64,000 nucleotides of DNA from positions 72,964 to 136,963 of the forward strand of contig JACQMB010000145.1 of the NCBI GenBank assembly GCA_016203765.1, written 5' to 3'. The notes under the pieces are model-generated. The model did no database searches, had not been told where the DNA came from, and saw only the letters and a list, made by a program, of their open reading frames with translations. Below, piece after piece: positions 46,358-56,109 of this stretch. The position numbers and the translations under genes were made by a program. This stretch comes from Deltaproteobacteria bacterium (GTDB lineage: Bacteria > UBA10199 > SPLOWO2-01-44-7). Within the stretch, counting starts at the first letter, position 1. Every line of letters starts with the position of its first letter.

Positions 46358-48498
46358 GTGCGGCGGTCATCAGCATTGTCGGCACCAAAGATGCGTGCGG
46401 GGCCTCGACCTTTGCCGCGAACCTGGGATTCCTCCTTCAAAAATTGTCCCACAAAAAAGTCCTCCTCTTTGATTACGATTTCAGCTATTGCGGCGACCTC
46501 CATCTTTCCCTCGACCAAAAGGAGTCCGCCTACGCCACCGATCTGATCGGCCTGGCCGGCAAGAAGGGGGCCCAAAAGATGCTGGAGGGTTTTATCCCCC
46601 GGCATCCGCGGGGCGTGCACCTCCTCCAGGCCTTCGATCCGCAGAAAAAGACGCACCGGTTTTCACCGGAGGATTTCGCCGGGGTCTTCTCCCTGCTGGC
46701 CGAGGCCTTCGATTATATTCTGGTGGATGGGGGGAGCAGTTGGACCCCCTATCATCTCCATCCCTTTTTGGGGTCCGGTCTTATCTTTTTGGTGGCCCAG
46801 CCGACGCGGGCTCTCCTCCGGGAGGCCTCGCATAAAACCGGCCGCCTCATGTCCGGTTTTATTCCGAAGAGCAAGCTGAACATCATTTTGAACAGGGTTG
46901 TGCAGACGGACGGGTTGAACACGCGGCAGATGGAGGAGCACTTTTCCGGATTAAACTGTTTTTATCTTCCGGACCGGCCCGGCAAAATGGAAGAGGCCTC
47001 CGGGGAACCGCTTTGCCTTCTGGACGTGCGCGACCCCTACACCCTGGGGATTGAGAAGATCGTCCGGGAGGCCCTCTTGAAGAAAAAACTGCCCTCCTTC
47101 CGTTTGGAGGAACATTCGGCGCCGGAATGGGGGGCCTTTGTCCCTTTCTGGGCGGCCTTCAACGGAGGGCCGACGGCCGCCGCGGCACCCGCGCGCGGCG
47201 CGGCTCAGGCCCCGCCGGTTGAAGAATGGGACCAATTGAAAGGCCAAATTTTAAAACAGTTGTTGAAGATGGTCGATTTTAAATCGATGGGGCTGGAACA
47301 GGCCAAGGATCAGAAAAACGAACAGGCCCTGCGGGAAAAAACCAGGGAGGCGATCCTGAAAATCCTCAACGCGATGGGGGAGGATGCCGTTGAACAAAGC
47401 AAAAAAAAACAACTGGTCGCGGAGGTTTTGGACGAGGCGCTCGGGCTGGGGCCGCTGGAGGTGCTCCTCGCCGATCCCAAACTCACCGAGATCATGATCA
47501 ACGGCAAGGACCATATCTACGTCGAAGAACGCGGAAAATTAAAGCGAACCCCGCTTCGTTTCAGTTCGGAGGATCAGCTCTCGGCGGTCATTGAAAGGAT
47601 CGTCGCCCCCATCGGCCGCCGGATCGATGAATCGACCCCCCTGGTCGACGCCCGGCTTCGGGACGGCTCCCGGGTGAATATCATCATTCCCCCCCTCTCT
47701 CTGGTCGGCCCGGTGGTGACCATCCGCCGTTTTTCCCAAACCCCGCTACAGGTGAGTGACCTGGTGGGCTTTGGCAGTCTCTCCGAGGGGATGGCCGAGT
47801 TTTTGCGCGCCGCCATTGAGGCGCGATTAAATATCGTGGTTTCCGGAGGAACCGGTTCGGGAAAAACAACCCTGCTCAACGTTTTGTCCTCTTTCATCGG
47901 GAACGATCAGCGGATTGTCACCATCGAGGACGCGGCCGAGTTGAGGCTCGGCCAGGAACACGTGATTTCTCTGGAATCGAGGCCCCCCAACATCGAGGGG
48001 AAGGGGGATATCCCGATCCGGACCCTGTTGAAGAACGCGCTCCGGATGCGGCCGGACCGGATCGTGATCGGGGAGTGCCGGGGAGGGGAGGCGCTGGATA
48101 TGCTCCAGGCGATGAACACCGGCCACGACGGCTCGCTCACCACCGTCCACGCCAACACGCCGCGCGATTGCGTCTCCCGTCTGGAAACCCTGGTGATGTA
48201 CGCGGGGGTGCAGCTCCCCTCCAAGGCCATCCGGGGCCAGATCGCCGCGGCCATCGACATGATTGTCCAGCTCAACCGGCTCTCCGACGGTAGCCGCAGG
48301 ATCACCAAGATCAGCGAGATCACCGGCATGGAGGGGGATGTGATCACCCTGCAGGATATCTTTGTCTTCAACCAGGAAAAAGTGGATGCCGACAAAAAGG
48401 TGATCGGCAAACACGCCCCGACCGGGGTGGTCCCCCGTTTTGTGGAAACGCTCCGCCAGCGGGGGATTGAGCTTTCCAGAAAGTATTTTCAGATATGA
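46354..48498 (+). CDS. Fused CpaE/TadZ-like (ParA/MinD-fold) plus CpaF/TadA secretion ATPase
   Basis: Residues 1-300 have the deviant ParA-like pattern GTKDACGAST...ILVDGG. Residues 330-714 carry the VirB11/TadA N-domain and Walker A VVSGGTGSGKTTLLN, plus Walker B and His box. Confidence 0.8.
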   Translation: MSAAVISIVGTKDACGASTFAANLGFLLQKLSHKKVLLFDYDFSYCGDLHLSLDQKESAYATDLIGLAGKKGAQKMLEGFIPRHPRGVHLLQAFDPQKKTHRFSPEDFAGVFSLLAEAFDYILVDGGSSWTPYHLHPFLGSGLIFLVAQPTRALLREASHKTGRLMSGFIPKSKLNIILNRVVQTDGLNTRQMEEHFSGLNCFYLPDRPGKMEEASGEPLCLLDVRDPYTLGIEKIVREALLKKKLPSFRLEEHSAPEWGAFVPFWAAFNGGPTAAAAPARGAAQAPPVEEWDQLKGQILKQLLKMVDFKSMGLEQAKDQKNEQALREKTREAILKILNAMGEDAVEQSKKKQLVAEVLDEALGLGPLEVLLADPKLTEIMINGKDHIYVEERGKLKRTPLRFSSEDQLSAVIERIVAPIGRRIDESTPLVDARLRDGSRVNIIIPPLSLVGPVVTIRRFSQTPLQVSDLVGFGSLSEGMAEFLRAAIEARLNIVVSGGTGSGKTTLLNVLSSFIGNDQRIVTIEDAAELRLGQEHVISLESRPPNIEGKGDIPIRTLLKNALRMRPDRIVIGECRGGEALDMLQAMNTGHDGSLTTVHANTPRDCVSRLETLVMYAGVQLPSKAIRGQIAAAIDMIVQLNRLSDGSRRITKISEITGMEGDVITLQDIFVFNQEKVDADKKVIGKHAPTGVVPRFVETLRQRGIELSRKYFQI

Positions 48499-49361
48499 GC
48501 ATCGGCGCGGTTTTGGTCAGTCTGTTTTCCGCGGGGTCGGTCGGCCTCCTCTTTTCTTTATGGCTCCAGGAGCTGGCCAAATTTTTGCGCCGGCAGATCG
48601 AGGCCGAAGAGGCCGCCTGCGAGGTTTGGCTCGCCAAATCGCTCATTGAATTGAAGGGGGCGGAAAAAAAGCTGTTTTGCCTTTGCGGGCCTCTGTTGGG
48701 CATTATCCTTTCCTTTTTGCTCCTCCCCGGCGTTTTTTGGAAGATCGCCGGGGCCTTGCTCTCCGCCCTCATCCTCAAGCGGCTGGGAAGGAGACTGGCC
48801 CGCCGTCTTTACCGGCGGCGGATCAAGGAGATTCAAAACGTTTTTGTCGACACCCTCGGGCTGGTGGGGAATGCCCTCCGCTCGGGACTCTCCCTTTATC
48901 AGGGTTTTGAGATGGCGGTCGAACAGATGCCCGGCCCGATCGCGCAGGAATTAAACCAGGTCCTGTCGGAGAACCGCCTCGGCCAGACCCTGGAGGCGGC
49001 CCTCGTCAACATGAAAAACCGGGTTCCCCTCAAAGAGGTGGCCAGCATGGTCGACTCGGTCTTGATCTTGAGGGAGACCGGAGGCAACCTGGTGGAGACC
49101 TTCGAGACGCTGATCAATACCCTGCGGGAAGAACAAAGGGTGCAGGACAAAATCAAAACATTGACCACCCAGGGCCTGGCCCAAGCGGTGGTGATTGTCC
49201 TCCTCCCGTTTGGTCTGGGAGGGGCCCTCTACTGGGTCTCCCCCGATTATATGTCGCCCTTGTGGAGCCACTGGCTGGGCTGGATCTGCATTTTGCTTAT
49301 CCTGTTTCTGCAGGGGCTGGGGGCTTTTTTGATGAAAAAAATTATTTCGATCAGGATTTAA
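48495..49361 (+). CDS. tadB: TadB-like inner-membrane platform protein (T2SS-F domain)
   Basis: Three TM segments with a T2SSF-like central domain, immediately after the ATPase. Confidence 0.7.
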   Translation: MSIGAVLVSLFSAGSVGLLFSLWLQELAKFLRRQIEAEEAACEVWLAKSLIELKGAEKKLFCLCGPLLGIILSFLLLPGVFWKIAGALLSALILKRLGRRLARRLYRRRIKEIQNVFVDTLGLVGNALRSGLSLYQGFEMAVEQMPGPIAQELNQVLSENRLGQTLEAALVNMKNRVPLKEVASMVDSVLILRETGGNLVETFETLINTLREEQRVQDKIKTLTTQGLAQAVVIVLLPFGLGGALYWVSPDYMSPLWSHWLGWICILLILFLQGLGAFLMKKIISIRI

Positions 49362-49363
49362 CG

Positions 49364-50218
49364 ATGCGAAAATTTTTAACCGTCCTTTTGATGTTAATCT
49401 CTTTTTCCCTCTTCGGCGGCGATGCGGAGGAGGTCCTGCTCCAGTTTCGTCCGACGCCGCGCCCCCTCAGTTATCTGGCCGCCTTTCATCTTCAGGAAAC
49501 CGACCTCATGAATATCGCCATGGAAACGGGGGAAAGCAAAATCCTGCAACGGGAGAAGAAACACTACATGGAAATTCGCAAGGATCTGACCCGCCGGGGC
49601 AGTCAGACCGATATCCCCTTTACGGAGACGGCGGTCCAGGCCTCCCTTTTGGACAACACCGCGAAGATTCATATCCTCAAGAACGAGTCGGGAGAGGGGC
49701 GGACCGCCAAGCCAAGGACGATGGTCACCAGCCAGTTTATCAACGGCCGGCTGGTCCAGCCCTTCGACCTCGCCGATTTGAGCGCGGCCGGTCTGCCGCT
49801 TTTGTTTTCCGATCAAAAGGTGAAACAGGGGAGCCTATGGGAACGCCCGATCGATTTCAAAAGGGAAAACCTCCCCCCGCTGGCCTTCAACACGAAATAC
49901 GAGGTCGTCGCGTTTCAACACCTGGCCGGGCACCCCGTGGCGGTAGTAACCTACACGTTCAAGGCCGCTTTGCAATCCACCCTGATCAGCCAGGATCCCC
50001 TCATCCAGCAAAAGGTGGCCGAATTAAAAAGGGAGAACGTGGAGAGCGTAGCGTATAAGGGAGAGGGAAGGTTCACGTTTGACTACCGCGAGGGTTTGTT
50101 GCTGACCCACAGCCTGACGATGAGCGAGAAAATCAGCAAATCCTATATCGAGGGGCGGCAAAGAAAATTGCAGGATATCGTTCGCATTTATGAATATTCG
50201 GAGGCGTTGATTCCGTAA
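49364..50218 (+). CDS. Secreted hypothetical protein
   Basis: Signal peptide MRKFLTVLLMLISFSLFGG. The ORF-track upstream part is read-through. Confidence 0.45.
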   Translation: MRKFLTVLLMLISFSLFGGDAEEVLLQFRPTPRPLSYLAAFHLQETDLMNIAMETGESKILQREKKHYMEIRKDLTRRGSQTDIPFTETAVQASLLDNTAKIHILKNESGEGRTAKPRTMVTSQFINGRLVQPFDLADLSAAGLPLLFSDQKVKQGSLWERPIDFKRENLPPLAFNTKYEVVAFQHLAGHPVAVVTYTFKAALQSTLISQDPLIQQKVAELKRENVESVAYKGEGRFTFDYREGLLLTHSLTMSEKISKSYIEGRQRKLQDIVRIYEYSEALIP

Positions 50219-50223
50219 CACCG

Positions 50224-51141
50224 ATGGCGCTGATTTTTTACAACCTGATCTTCTCGGCGGCGGCCGGCTTCTGGGGGCTGACCCTTTATGAAATGTCGCA
50301 ACAACGCCGCGCCCAGCGGCGGCTGACCCAGCGGGAGGAGGCGGTCGACAAAAAAAGCCTGGTCGACTACACGTTTCGCCCCATTTTTACTTCCTACAGC
50401 CATCTCTTCAAAAAAATCCACCTGGAATACTACCGCCGCTTCTTGAGGCGAAAATTCGTGCAGGGGGCGGTCGCGCGCAAATACAATGAGGAAATCTTCT
50501 GGGCCTTTCAAATTTTCATGGGGTTTTTGTTCGTCGCCCTCTACTACGGGCTGGCGGCCTATTGCCGTTTTCTTGGGTTGGCAATCCCCACCCCGTTCTG
50601 GCTGATGGTCATGGTTTTTGCCGCGGGGCTCGGTTATCCTCTCCTCTGGCTCCATTCCCTGACCAAAAAGAGGCTGGGGGAGATCGTGCGTCTTTTTCCG
50701 GAATTTGTCACCAACCTGGCCCTCGCGGTGGAGGCGGGAATGGATTTTTTCAGCGCCATGGGCCGTTACGCGAAAAATTTCGAACAGAATCCGCTGGGCC
50801 GCGAGCTCCAAACCGTCATCACCGAGGTGCAGTTGGGGGCCTCGCGCGAGGAGGCGCTCCGGCACCTGGCCGGGCGGCTTCAAATCAGGCCGGTCAGCGC
50901 CTTTGTCTCGGTGATGGTGCAGACGACCCGGCTGGGGACCTCCGTTGGCCAGGTCCTGCGGGTTCAGGCCGAACAACTGAGGCGGGAACGCTTCGAGGCG
51001 GCCGAACGGGCCGGGGTGAAGGCCTCGCAAAAGATTTTGTTTCCCCTGGTTTTTTTCATCATGCCCGCCGTCTTTTTGCTGATCTTCGGGCCCCTGATCG
51101 TCAAATTATTGACCGGCGGGATTGAAGCGTTGTTCCTGTAG
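50224..51141 (+). CDS. tadC: TadC-like inner-membrane platform protein (T2SS-F domain)
   Basis: TM topology and the T2SSF block LALAVEAGMDFFSAM...LRVQAEQL. Confidence 0.7.
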   Translation: MALIFYNLIFSAAAGFWGLTLYEMSQQRRAQRRLTQREEAVDKKSLVDYTFRPIFTSYSHLFKKIHLEYYRRFLRRKFVQGAVARKYNEEIFWAFQIFMGFLFVALYYGLAAYCRFLGLAIPTPFWLMVMVFAAGLGYPLLWLHSLTKKRLGEIVRLFPEFVTNLALAVEAGMDFFSAMGRYAKNFEQNPLGRELQTVITEVQLGASREEALRHLAGRLQIRPVSAFVSVMVQTTRLGTSVGQVLRVQAEQLRRERFEAAERAGVKASQKILFPLVFFIMPAVFLLIFGPLIVKLLTGGIEALFL

Positions 51142-51148
51142 GAGGAAA

Positions 51149-52306
51149 ATGGAAAAAGATTACGCGATGCTGTTGAGAGACAGAACGGAGGGCCTGATCA
51201 AAAAGGTCAGGGAGATGTCCTGGGTGCAGAAGGCCGTCCGGTATTTCCTGACCCTCGAGTGGTCGGAAAAGATTCTGTTCCTTTTCGGCGTGACGTTTTT
51301 TCTGCTGATGATGACTGGCCCCTACGCACTGCTCTACCGGCAGACGGGGGCGCTCCTTTCGGAGGCCCAACTGCGGGGATTGACCCTGGCCCGCTATTTG
51401 GCCGCCGGCAACCAGGCCGCCTTTACCCGGAAACAGGAGGTCCTCTATTCGGTGGAGGGGGTGATCCATGAACGGGGCGTGGAGGATGCCATGATCACCG
51501 ATCTGGAAGGGACCATCCTTTCCCCCGTGGAACGTTTTGGCCAAACTCTGCCTTTGACCCGGAAGGTTGAAAACCCCAACCAGTGCCAGCGTTTTAAAAA
51601 GGGTTTCGATCTTGAGTTTGTCTGCCCCCTGTTCCGGTGGCTTGAATCCTCGGACGGTTTTTCGAGGCAAACCATCGGCCTGGCCTATCTGAAATACAAT
51701 GCCCGGGAAAGCCTTGACCTTTTGGGTTCGCAAACTTTTCAGATGATCAAATACATATTTTTGTTCGCCTTTTTGATCGGGCTGACCGCCTACGCCTTTT
51801 TGGCTTTGACCCAAAAATCGCTCCTCGATTTTAAATTCGCCGTCCGGACGGCCGCGCGAAGCGGGAATCCGCTCGACATCCCCAGGCATTTTAAGGCCCT
51901 GCGCGAGATCGCCCTGGAAATCCAGGAACTCCAACAGCAAAAGGCCGCGGTGGGGCGCGCCGACTCCCCCGCCCCCGCCGACGCCTCCTCGCTCGCGGGA
52001 GAGATGATGGCATGGCTGGGGCCTCTTCTGAAAGAGCCGGTCCTGCTTTTGGACGAACGACAGCAGATTGTCCATTGCTCCAAGCCGCTCCGGGAAAAGT
52101 GGAAGGCCGCCCCGGAGGGCCACATCCTTCGCGCCCTAAAGGACTCCCCCTTCATGGAGCCCCTCATCGATTTTGTTGGGGCGTTGGGCGAAAATCCGGA
52201 GGAACCCCACACGCAAACCATCAAGGGCCTGGGATCCCTGCGGGGGGAATCCCTCAACCTCCAGGGAAAAAAATATTTTCTTATTCGAAAGGGGGGAACG
52301 GAATAA
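51149..52306 (+). CDS. Bitopic membrane protein with a periplasmic domain between two TM segments
   Basis: TM1 ILFLFGVTFFLLMMTGPYALLY and TM2 IFLFAFLIGLTAYAFLAL. No catalytic motif. Confidence 0.4.
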   Translation: MEKDYAMLLRDRTEGLIKKVREMSWVQKAVRYFLTLEWSEKILFLFGVTFFLLMMTGPYALLYRQTGALLSEAQLRGLTLARYLAAGNQAAFTRKQEVLYSVEGVIHERGVEDAMITDLEGTILSPVERFGQTLPLTRKVENPNQCQRFKKGFDLEFVCPLFRWLESSDGFSRQTIGLAYLKYNARESLDLLGSQTFQMIKYIFLFAFLIGLTAYAFLALTQKSLLDFKFAVRTAARSGNPLDIPRHFKALREIALEIQELQQQKAAVGRADSPAPADASSLAGEMMAWLGPLLKEPVLLLDERQQIVHCSKPLREKWKAAPEGHILRALKDSPFMEPLIDFVGALGENPEEPHTQTIKGLGSLRGESLNLQGKKYFLIRKGGTE

Positions 52307-52852
52307 ATGCTCAGCACGGAGGGTAAAAAATTATTTAAAAAGGCCCTGATCGGGATGGGCGGCTTTTTTTGCGTTCTCCTGATCCTGCGCCTTTTTATCT
52401 CCCCTAAAAAACCGTCGCCGGCCGCGGAGACTGGACGGGACGAGAGTTTTTTTCAGCTCTCTGAAATGGAAATCGAAAAACTGCCGGACACAAAGGAAGA
52501 TGCGGCAACCTACAGCGCGAATCAGAGACTGGTCCATCTCCTCCACTCCTATGCCTTCAACTATTTTCAATCCAAACGCCTGAAAAACGCGATCTCCCTT
52601 TGGGAAACCGCCGGCTACCTGGAGCCGGGCAACGCGGTGATCGGGCTTCGGCTGGAGCAGGCCCGGGAGGCCCTCAACTACCTGGTGCAGGAGAATATCG
52701 CCTTGGGGATGCGCGATTTTAAGTATCTCCGCTATGCCGAGGCGATCGAGCATTGGCGCCGGGCTTCCAATCTGGTCGCCGGCATCGATCCCGCGGCCCA
52801 TGAAAAAATCAAGCGGTGGATCACCAAGGCCGAAAGGAAACTGAGACAATGA
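52307..52852 (+). CDS. Small membrane-anchored TPR-like protein (TadD-like candidate)
   Basis: N-terminal TM followed by TPR-like helices. Confidence 0.35.
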   Translation: MLSTEGKKLFKKALIGMGGFFCVLLILRLFISPKKPSPAAETGRDESFFQLSEMEIEKLPDTKEDAATYSANQRLVHLLHSYAFNYFQSKRLKNAISLWETAGYLEPGNAVIGLRLEQAREALNYLVQENIALGMRDFKYLRYAEAIEHWRRASNLVAGIDPAAHEKIKRWITKAERKLRQ

Positions 52853-54210
52853 GTTTTACCTTTGATTATCAATTCCGGGGGAAAAGGGGGATTCTGGAGA
52901 TCGAAAAGGCCGGCGTTTTTTATTTGGACCTGTCGGAGGAGAGGCCGATCGCCTATTCCAACCCCGCCGCCGGCCCCCCTTTTCTGATTCTCTGCGGCCG
53001 GCAGGAGGTCTTTGCGGTATGGGAGGGGAAGGGACACCGCCTTGCCCCCGAACAACCCTTTTCAGCAGGGGGGCTGACCCTTTCCTGGCGGCCCGAGGAG
53101 ATTGCCTGGGGGAGGATACAACCCTATTTACAAACGGTCCTTCATTGGATACAGACCGAGAGAAAGAAGGCGCTGGGGTTGGGTTCGGCAGTACTCGTCC
53201 TGCTGGTGATCGGAGTGATTCTGGCGGGTTCCAAGGAGGGGAAATTGACGCAGGAAACCGTGGTCCAGGCCACCCAGGAGTTGAAAGGGAATGCCCTTTT
53301 TGCCGTGCGCCTTAAATTGTCTGAACAGGCTCTTGAAGAAAAAAATTATCCGTTGGCCGCGGAGTTGGCCGACAAGGTCCTCACAGCCTCGCCCGCGAAT
53401 CCCCAGGCCATGGCCCTGAAAGAAAAGGCGCTGGCCTCCTTGGAGGCCTCGCAGAAGGAATCCCAAATAGAGGTAAAAAAAGAAATCCGCTTTAAGGAAA
53501 TTTTAGACCAGGTTACCGCCCTGATGGCGGCCAAGGATTATCATGGCGCCCTCTTCCGGGTTCAGCAGGTCCTGGAGGCCGACCCGGGACATGCCGAGGC
53601 CTTCCGCATGCATGAGGCGATTCAAAAGGAACTGGCGAATCTGGAACAAAAAGAGATCCAAACCGTGGGCGCCGATGCCGAAAGTTTGGAACGAGCGGAG
53701 GAACTTTGGAAGAGCGGGAAGGGGGCCTTCGACGCCGAAAATTACGGGCGGGCCTGGCGGAATTTTATCGACGCCCTGGCTTTGCTTAAAGAAAGAAACC
53801 TGCATCCCCCGTTCCGCGTTGATCTCAATGAGCTTTTGACGCAAACCGAGGCCGCCCTGGCCGACCAGGCCCGGCCCATGGTGGATCAGGCCCGTGAATT
53901 AAGAAACCTGGGCCAGAACAGCCAGGGTCAAAAGAGGGCCGAATATTTTTCGGAGGCCCTGACCCGCTACTACGCGGCCGAAAAAATTTATCCCGAATTT
54001 GAAGGACTCCGCAATGAAATCGGAATGGTCATCGAACGCCTCAACAAGGCGGTGGAGCCCTTCTTTGTGGAGGCCCAGACCATGAAGGATCTGGAGGGGT
54101 GCTGTCCCTCCCATCCCCATTTCAAAAAGGTCATGGGTCTTGCCAAATACGAATCGGTTCCGTTATACAAACAAGCCAAGGAGATGCTGGAGATATGTCC
54201 GTGCCGGTAA
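52849..54210 (+). CDS. TPR-repeat protein with a central TM segment
   Basis: TM LGLGSAVLVLLVIGVILAGS followed by TPR-like repeats. Confidence 0.4.
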   Translation: MSFTFDYQFRGKRGILEIEKAGVFYLDLSEERPIAYSNPAAGPPFLILCGRQEVFAVWEGKGHRLAPEQPFSAGGLTLSWRPEEIAWGRIQPYLQTVLHWIQTERKKALGLGSAVLVLLVIGVILAGSKEGKLTQETVVQATQELKGNALFAVRLKLSEQALEEKNYPLAAELADKVLTASPANPQAMALKEKALASLEASQKESQIEVKKEIRFKEILDQVTALMAAKDYHGALFRVQQVLEADPGHAEAFRMHEAIQKELANLEQKEIQTVGADAESLERAEELWKSGKGAFDAENYGRAWRNFIDALALLKERNLHPPFRVDLNELLTQTEAALADQARPMVDQARELRNLGQNSQGQKRAEYFSEALTRYYAAEKIYPEFEGLRNEIGMVIERLNKAVEPFFVEAQTMKDLEGCCPSHPHFKKVMGLAKYESVPLYKQAKEMLEICPCR

Positions 54211-55757
54211 AAAAAATTTTGATTCTCCTCTGCGCGGGTCTTTTTCCCTGGAGCGGTCCCTGGGCCAAGCCGGCCGTCGAGCCGATCTATATCCCGCTCG
54301 ATCATGTCCGCGTCCCCCATCCGGGCGCCGGCTGGAATTACCGGGTCGGCTCCGACCAACTGCGCATCGAATTCAAGGAAGAGGCCTCCCTCCGCAACGG
54401 GGCCTACCCGAGCGTTGTCCTCCTCTCGCGCCGGATCGTGGATGCCTCCCCCTACGCCGCGGCCTGGCAGCGCGCGGAACTCAAGGGTCTCCCGAAACGC
54501 TACCAGGTTGAAGCCGGCGACGCGGCGGCGGCGGATGCCTTTCAGATCAACTATTCCTTCACCCAAAACCTGATGCGCGTGGAGGGGGCCCGGTTCTACA
54601 AGCCGCAGGGCCACTGGCTTTACCTGTGGGAGTGTCAGCGGGAACAGGGCGGGGGCGTTGATTTGAAAAAATGGTGCCGGGACCTGTTCGCGAACATCCA
54701 ATGGTCGGAGGATATCGCGATCGCGTCGCCCGAACAGGTGGACGATTTGGATGCACTGGTCGCGAAGATGTCCTTTGCCCCCCCTCAATTGCAAAAACAG
54801 GAAACGGATCTGATCGCGGGCCTGCAAAAAACCCCGCTGACCTTCAACGACCTGATGGCCTACGGGGCCTTTCTGATGGTCCGCTCGCTCCTCTATCCTC
54901 CCCCCGAAGGACAGCAGGGGGACCTGATCGAGAATTTCAAAAAGATGTCGCTGATTTTCAGAAAAGATCCGCGCTACCGGACGGTGAGCGAATGGTTTGC
55001 GGTGCACGCCGAGGTCCTGGGAGGCCTGTTTAATTTGAAAAAGGCCAAAGAGGTGGCGCAGTCGAACGAGCGGCCTCCCTTCTGGCTGTTGAGCTTGTGG
55101 GTGGAGCCCCTCTCCCCGGGGATCGCCGCGAGCATGATCGCCCGCGAGGATTTTGACAAGGGCCTGGAACACTACGTGCAGGGGACGCTCCTTCATAAGA
55201 CCGGTCATGGGGACGAGGCCCTCACTCCTTTGAACAAGTCGGCCGGCCAATTTGGGGCGCTGGCTTGGGAACAGATGGCGCGCATCCATCTTGAAAAACA
55301 AGACCGCGATAAGGCGAAAATTTACGTTGAAAAAATCCTGAAAAAAAGTCCGGACCATGTCGGCGCGAAACTCCTTCTGGCCCGCATTTTGGAGGCGACC
55401 GAGGAGCCCCCCCAACTGGAGGAGGCCCAGAAGATCTACGCTGACTTGACCGCAAAGAAAGACCTCTCCGGGGACGAAAAACTGAATATCTTTTTGCAAA
55501 AGGCCAAAAACAGCATCCATCCCGAAATCCAGACGGAGTATTATGAAAAGGTTTTGGAGATTGACCCGAATCATCTGGACGCCATCTACGCGCTGGGCCG
55601 CCTCTATCTTTTGGAATATAATGACAAAAAGAAGGGGGTCCAATATTTTGAAAAATTCATTGCGAAGGCCCCCAAGGAAGACGAACGCGTGCAGGAATTG
55701 ACCGCCATGGTGCGCGATCTCCGCCATGAGATCTATTCGAGTCAAATTCCGGAATAG
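54195..55757 (+). CDS. Secreted TPR-repeat protein
   Basis: Signal peptide MSVPVKKILILLCAGLFPWSGPWA and C-terminal TPR repeats. Confidence 0.45.
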   Translation: MSVPVKKILILLCAGLFPWSGPWAKPAVEPIYIPLDHVRVPHPGAGWNYRVGSDQLRIEFKEEASLRNGAYPSVVLLSRRIVDASPYAAAWQRAELKGLPKRYQVEAGDAAAADAFQINYSFTQNLMRVEGARFYKPQGHWLYLWECQREQGGGVDLKKWCRDLFANIQWSEDIAIASPEQVDDLDALVAKMSFAPPQLQKQETDLIAGLQKTPLTFNDLMAYGAFLMVRSLLYPPPEGQQGDLIENFKKMSLIFRKDPRYRTVSEWFAVHAEVLGGLFNLKKAKEVAQSNERPPFWLLSLWVEPLSPGIAASMIAREDFDKGLEHYVQGTLLHKTGHGDEALTPLNKSAGQFGALAWEQMARIHLEKQDRDKAKIYVEKILKKSPDHVGAKLLLARILEATEEPPQLEEAQKIYADLTAKKDLSGDEKLNIFLQKAKNSIHPEIQTEYYEKVLEIDPNHLDAIYALGRLYLLEYNDKKKGVQYFEKFIAKAPKEDERVQELTAMVRDLRHEIYSSQIPE

Positions 55758-55761
55758 GACG

Positions 55762-56109
55762 ATGGGGGTTGCCCTGGCCGAGGGGCGGCTGGCCAGGCTT
55801 TTGGGAATGAGTTTTCGCGGCGCGTGGAAGAAAGAAGGGATGCTGTTTGTTTTTAAAAAACAGGGCCGCTATCCTTTTTGGATGTGGGGGATGCGCCTGC
55901 CGATCGATCTGGTCTGGTTAAAGAAACGGACGGTGGTCGGTTTTGAGGAAAATCTCCAGCCCCCGGCCTCCCGTTGGCACCTGCTCTTTCCCTTTCTGCT
56001 GAGGCGCTACCGTCCGCCGGAGGCCGTGGACGGCGTGCTGGAAGTTCCGGCCGGGTTTTGCCGGCAGAACCGGCTGAAAAGGGGGGAGGTACTCGATGCG
56101 CAAAATTAA
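55762..56109 (+). CDS. DUF192 (COG1430) family protein
   Basis: GMLFVF...YPFWMWGMRLPIDLVWL matches the DUF192 core. Confidence 0.5.
   Translation: MGVALAEGRLARLLGMSFRGAWKKEGMLFVFKKQGRYPFWMWGMRLPIDLVWLKKRTVVGFEENLQPPASRWHLLFPFLLRRYRPPEAVDGVLEVPAGFCRQNRLKRGEVLDAQN

Noticed and set aside
47827-48414. 195-aa and 167-aa minus-strand ORFs
   Set aside because: Antisense to the CpaF ATPase domain, which has Walker A/B and a His box.
53988-55745. 585-aa minus-strand ORF
   Set aside because: Antisense to the signal-peptide/TPR gene 54195..55757. Its composition is dominated by L/R/G/Q/F with no motifs. It is a typical long shadow ORF in GC-rich DNA.
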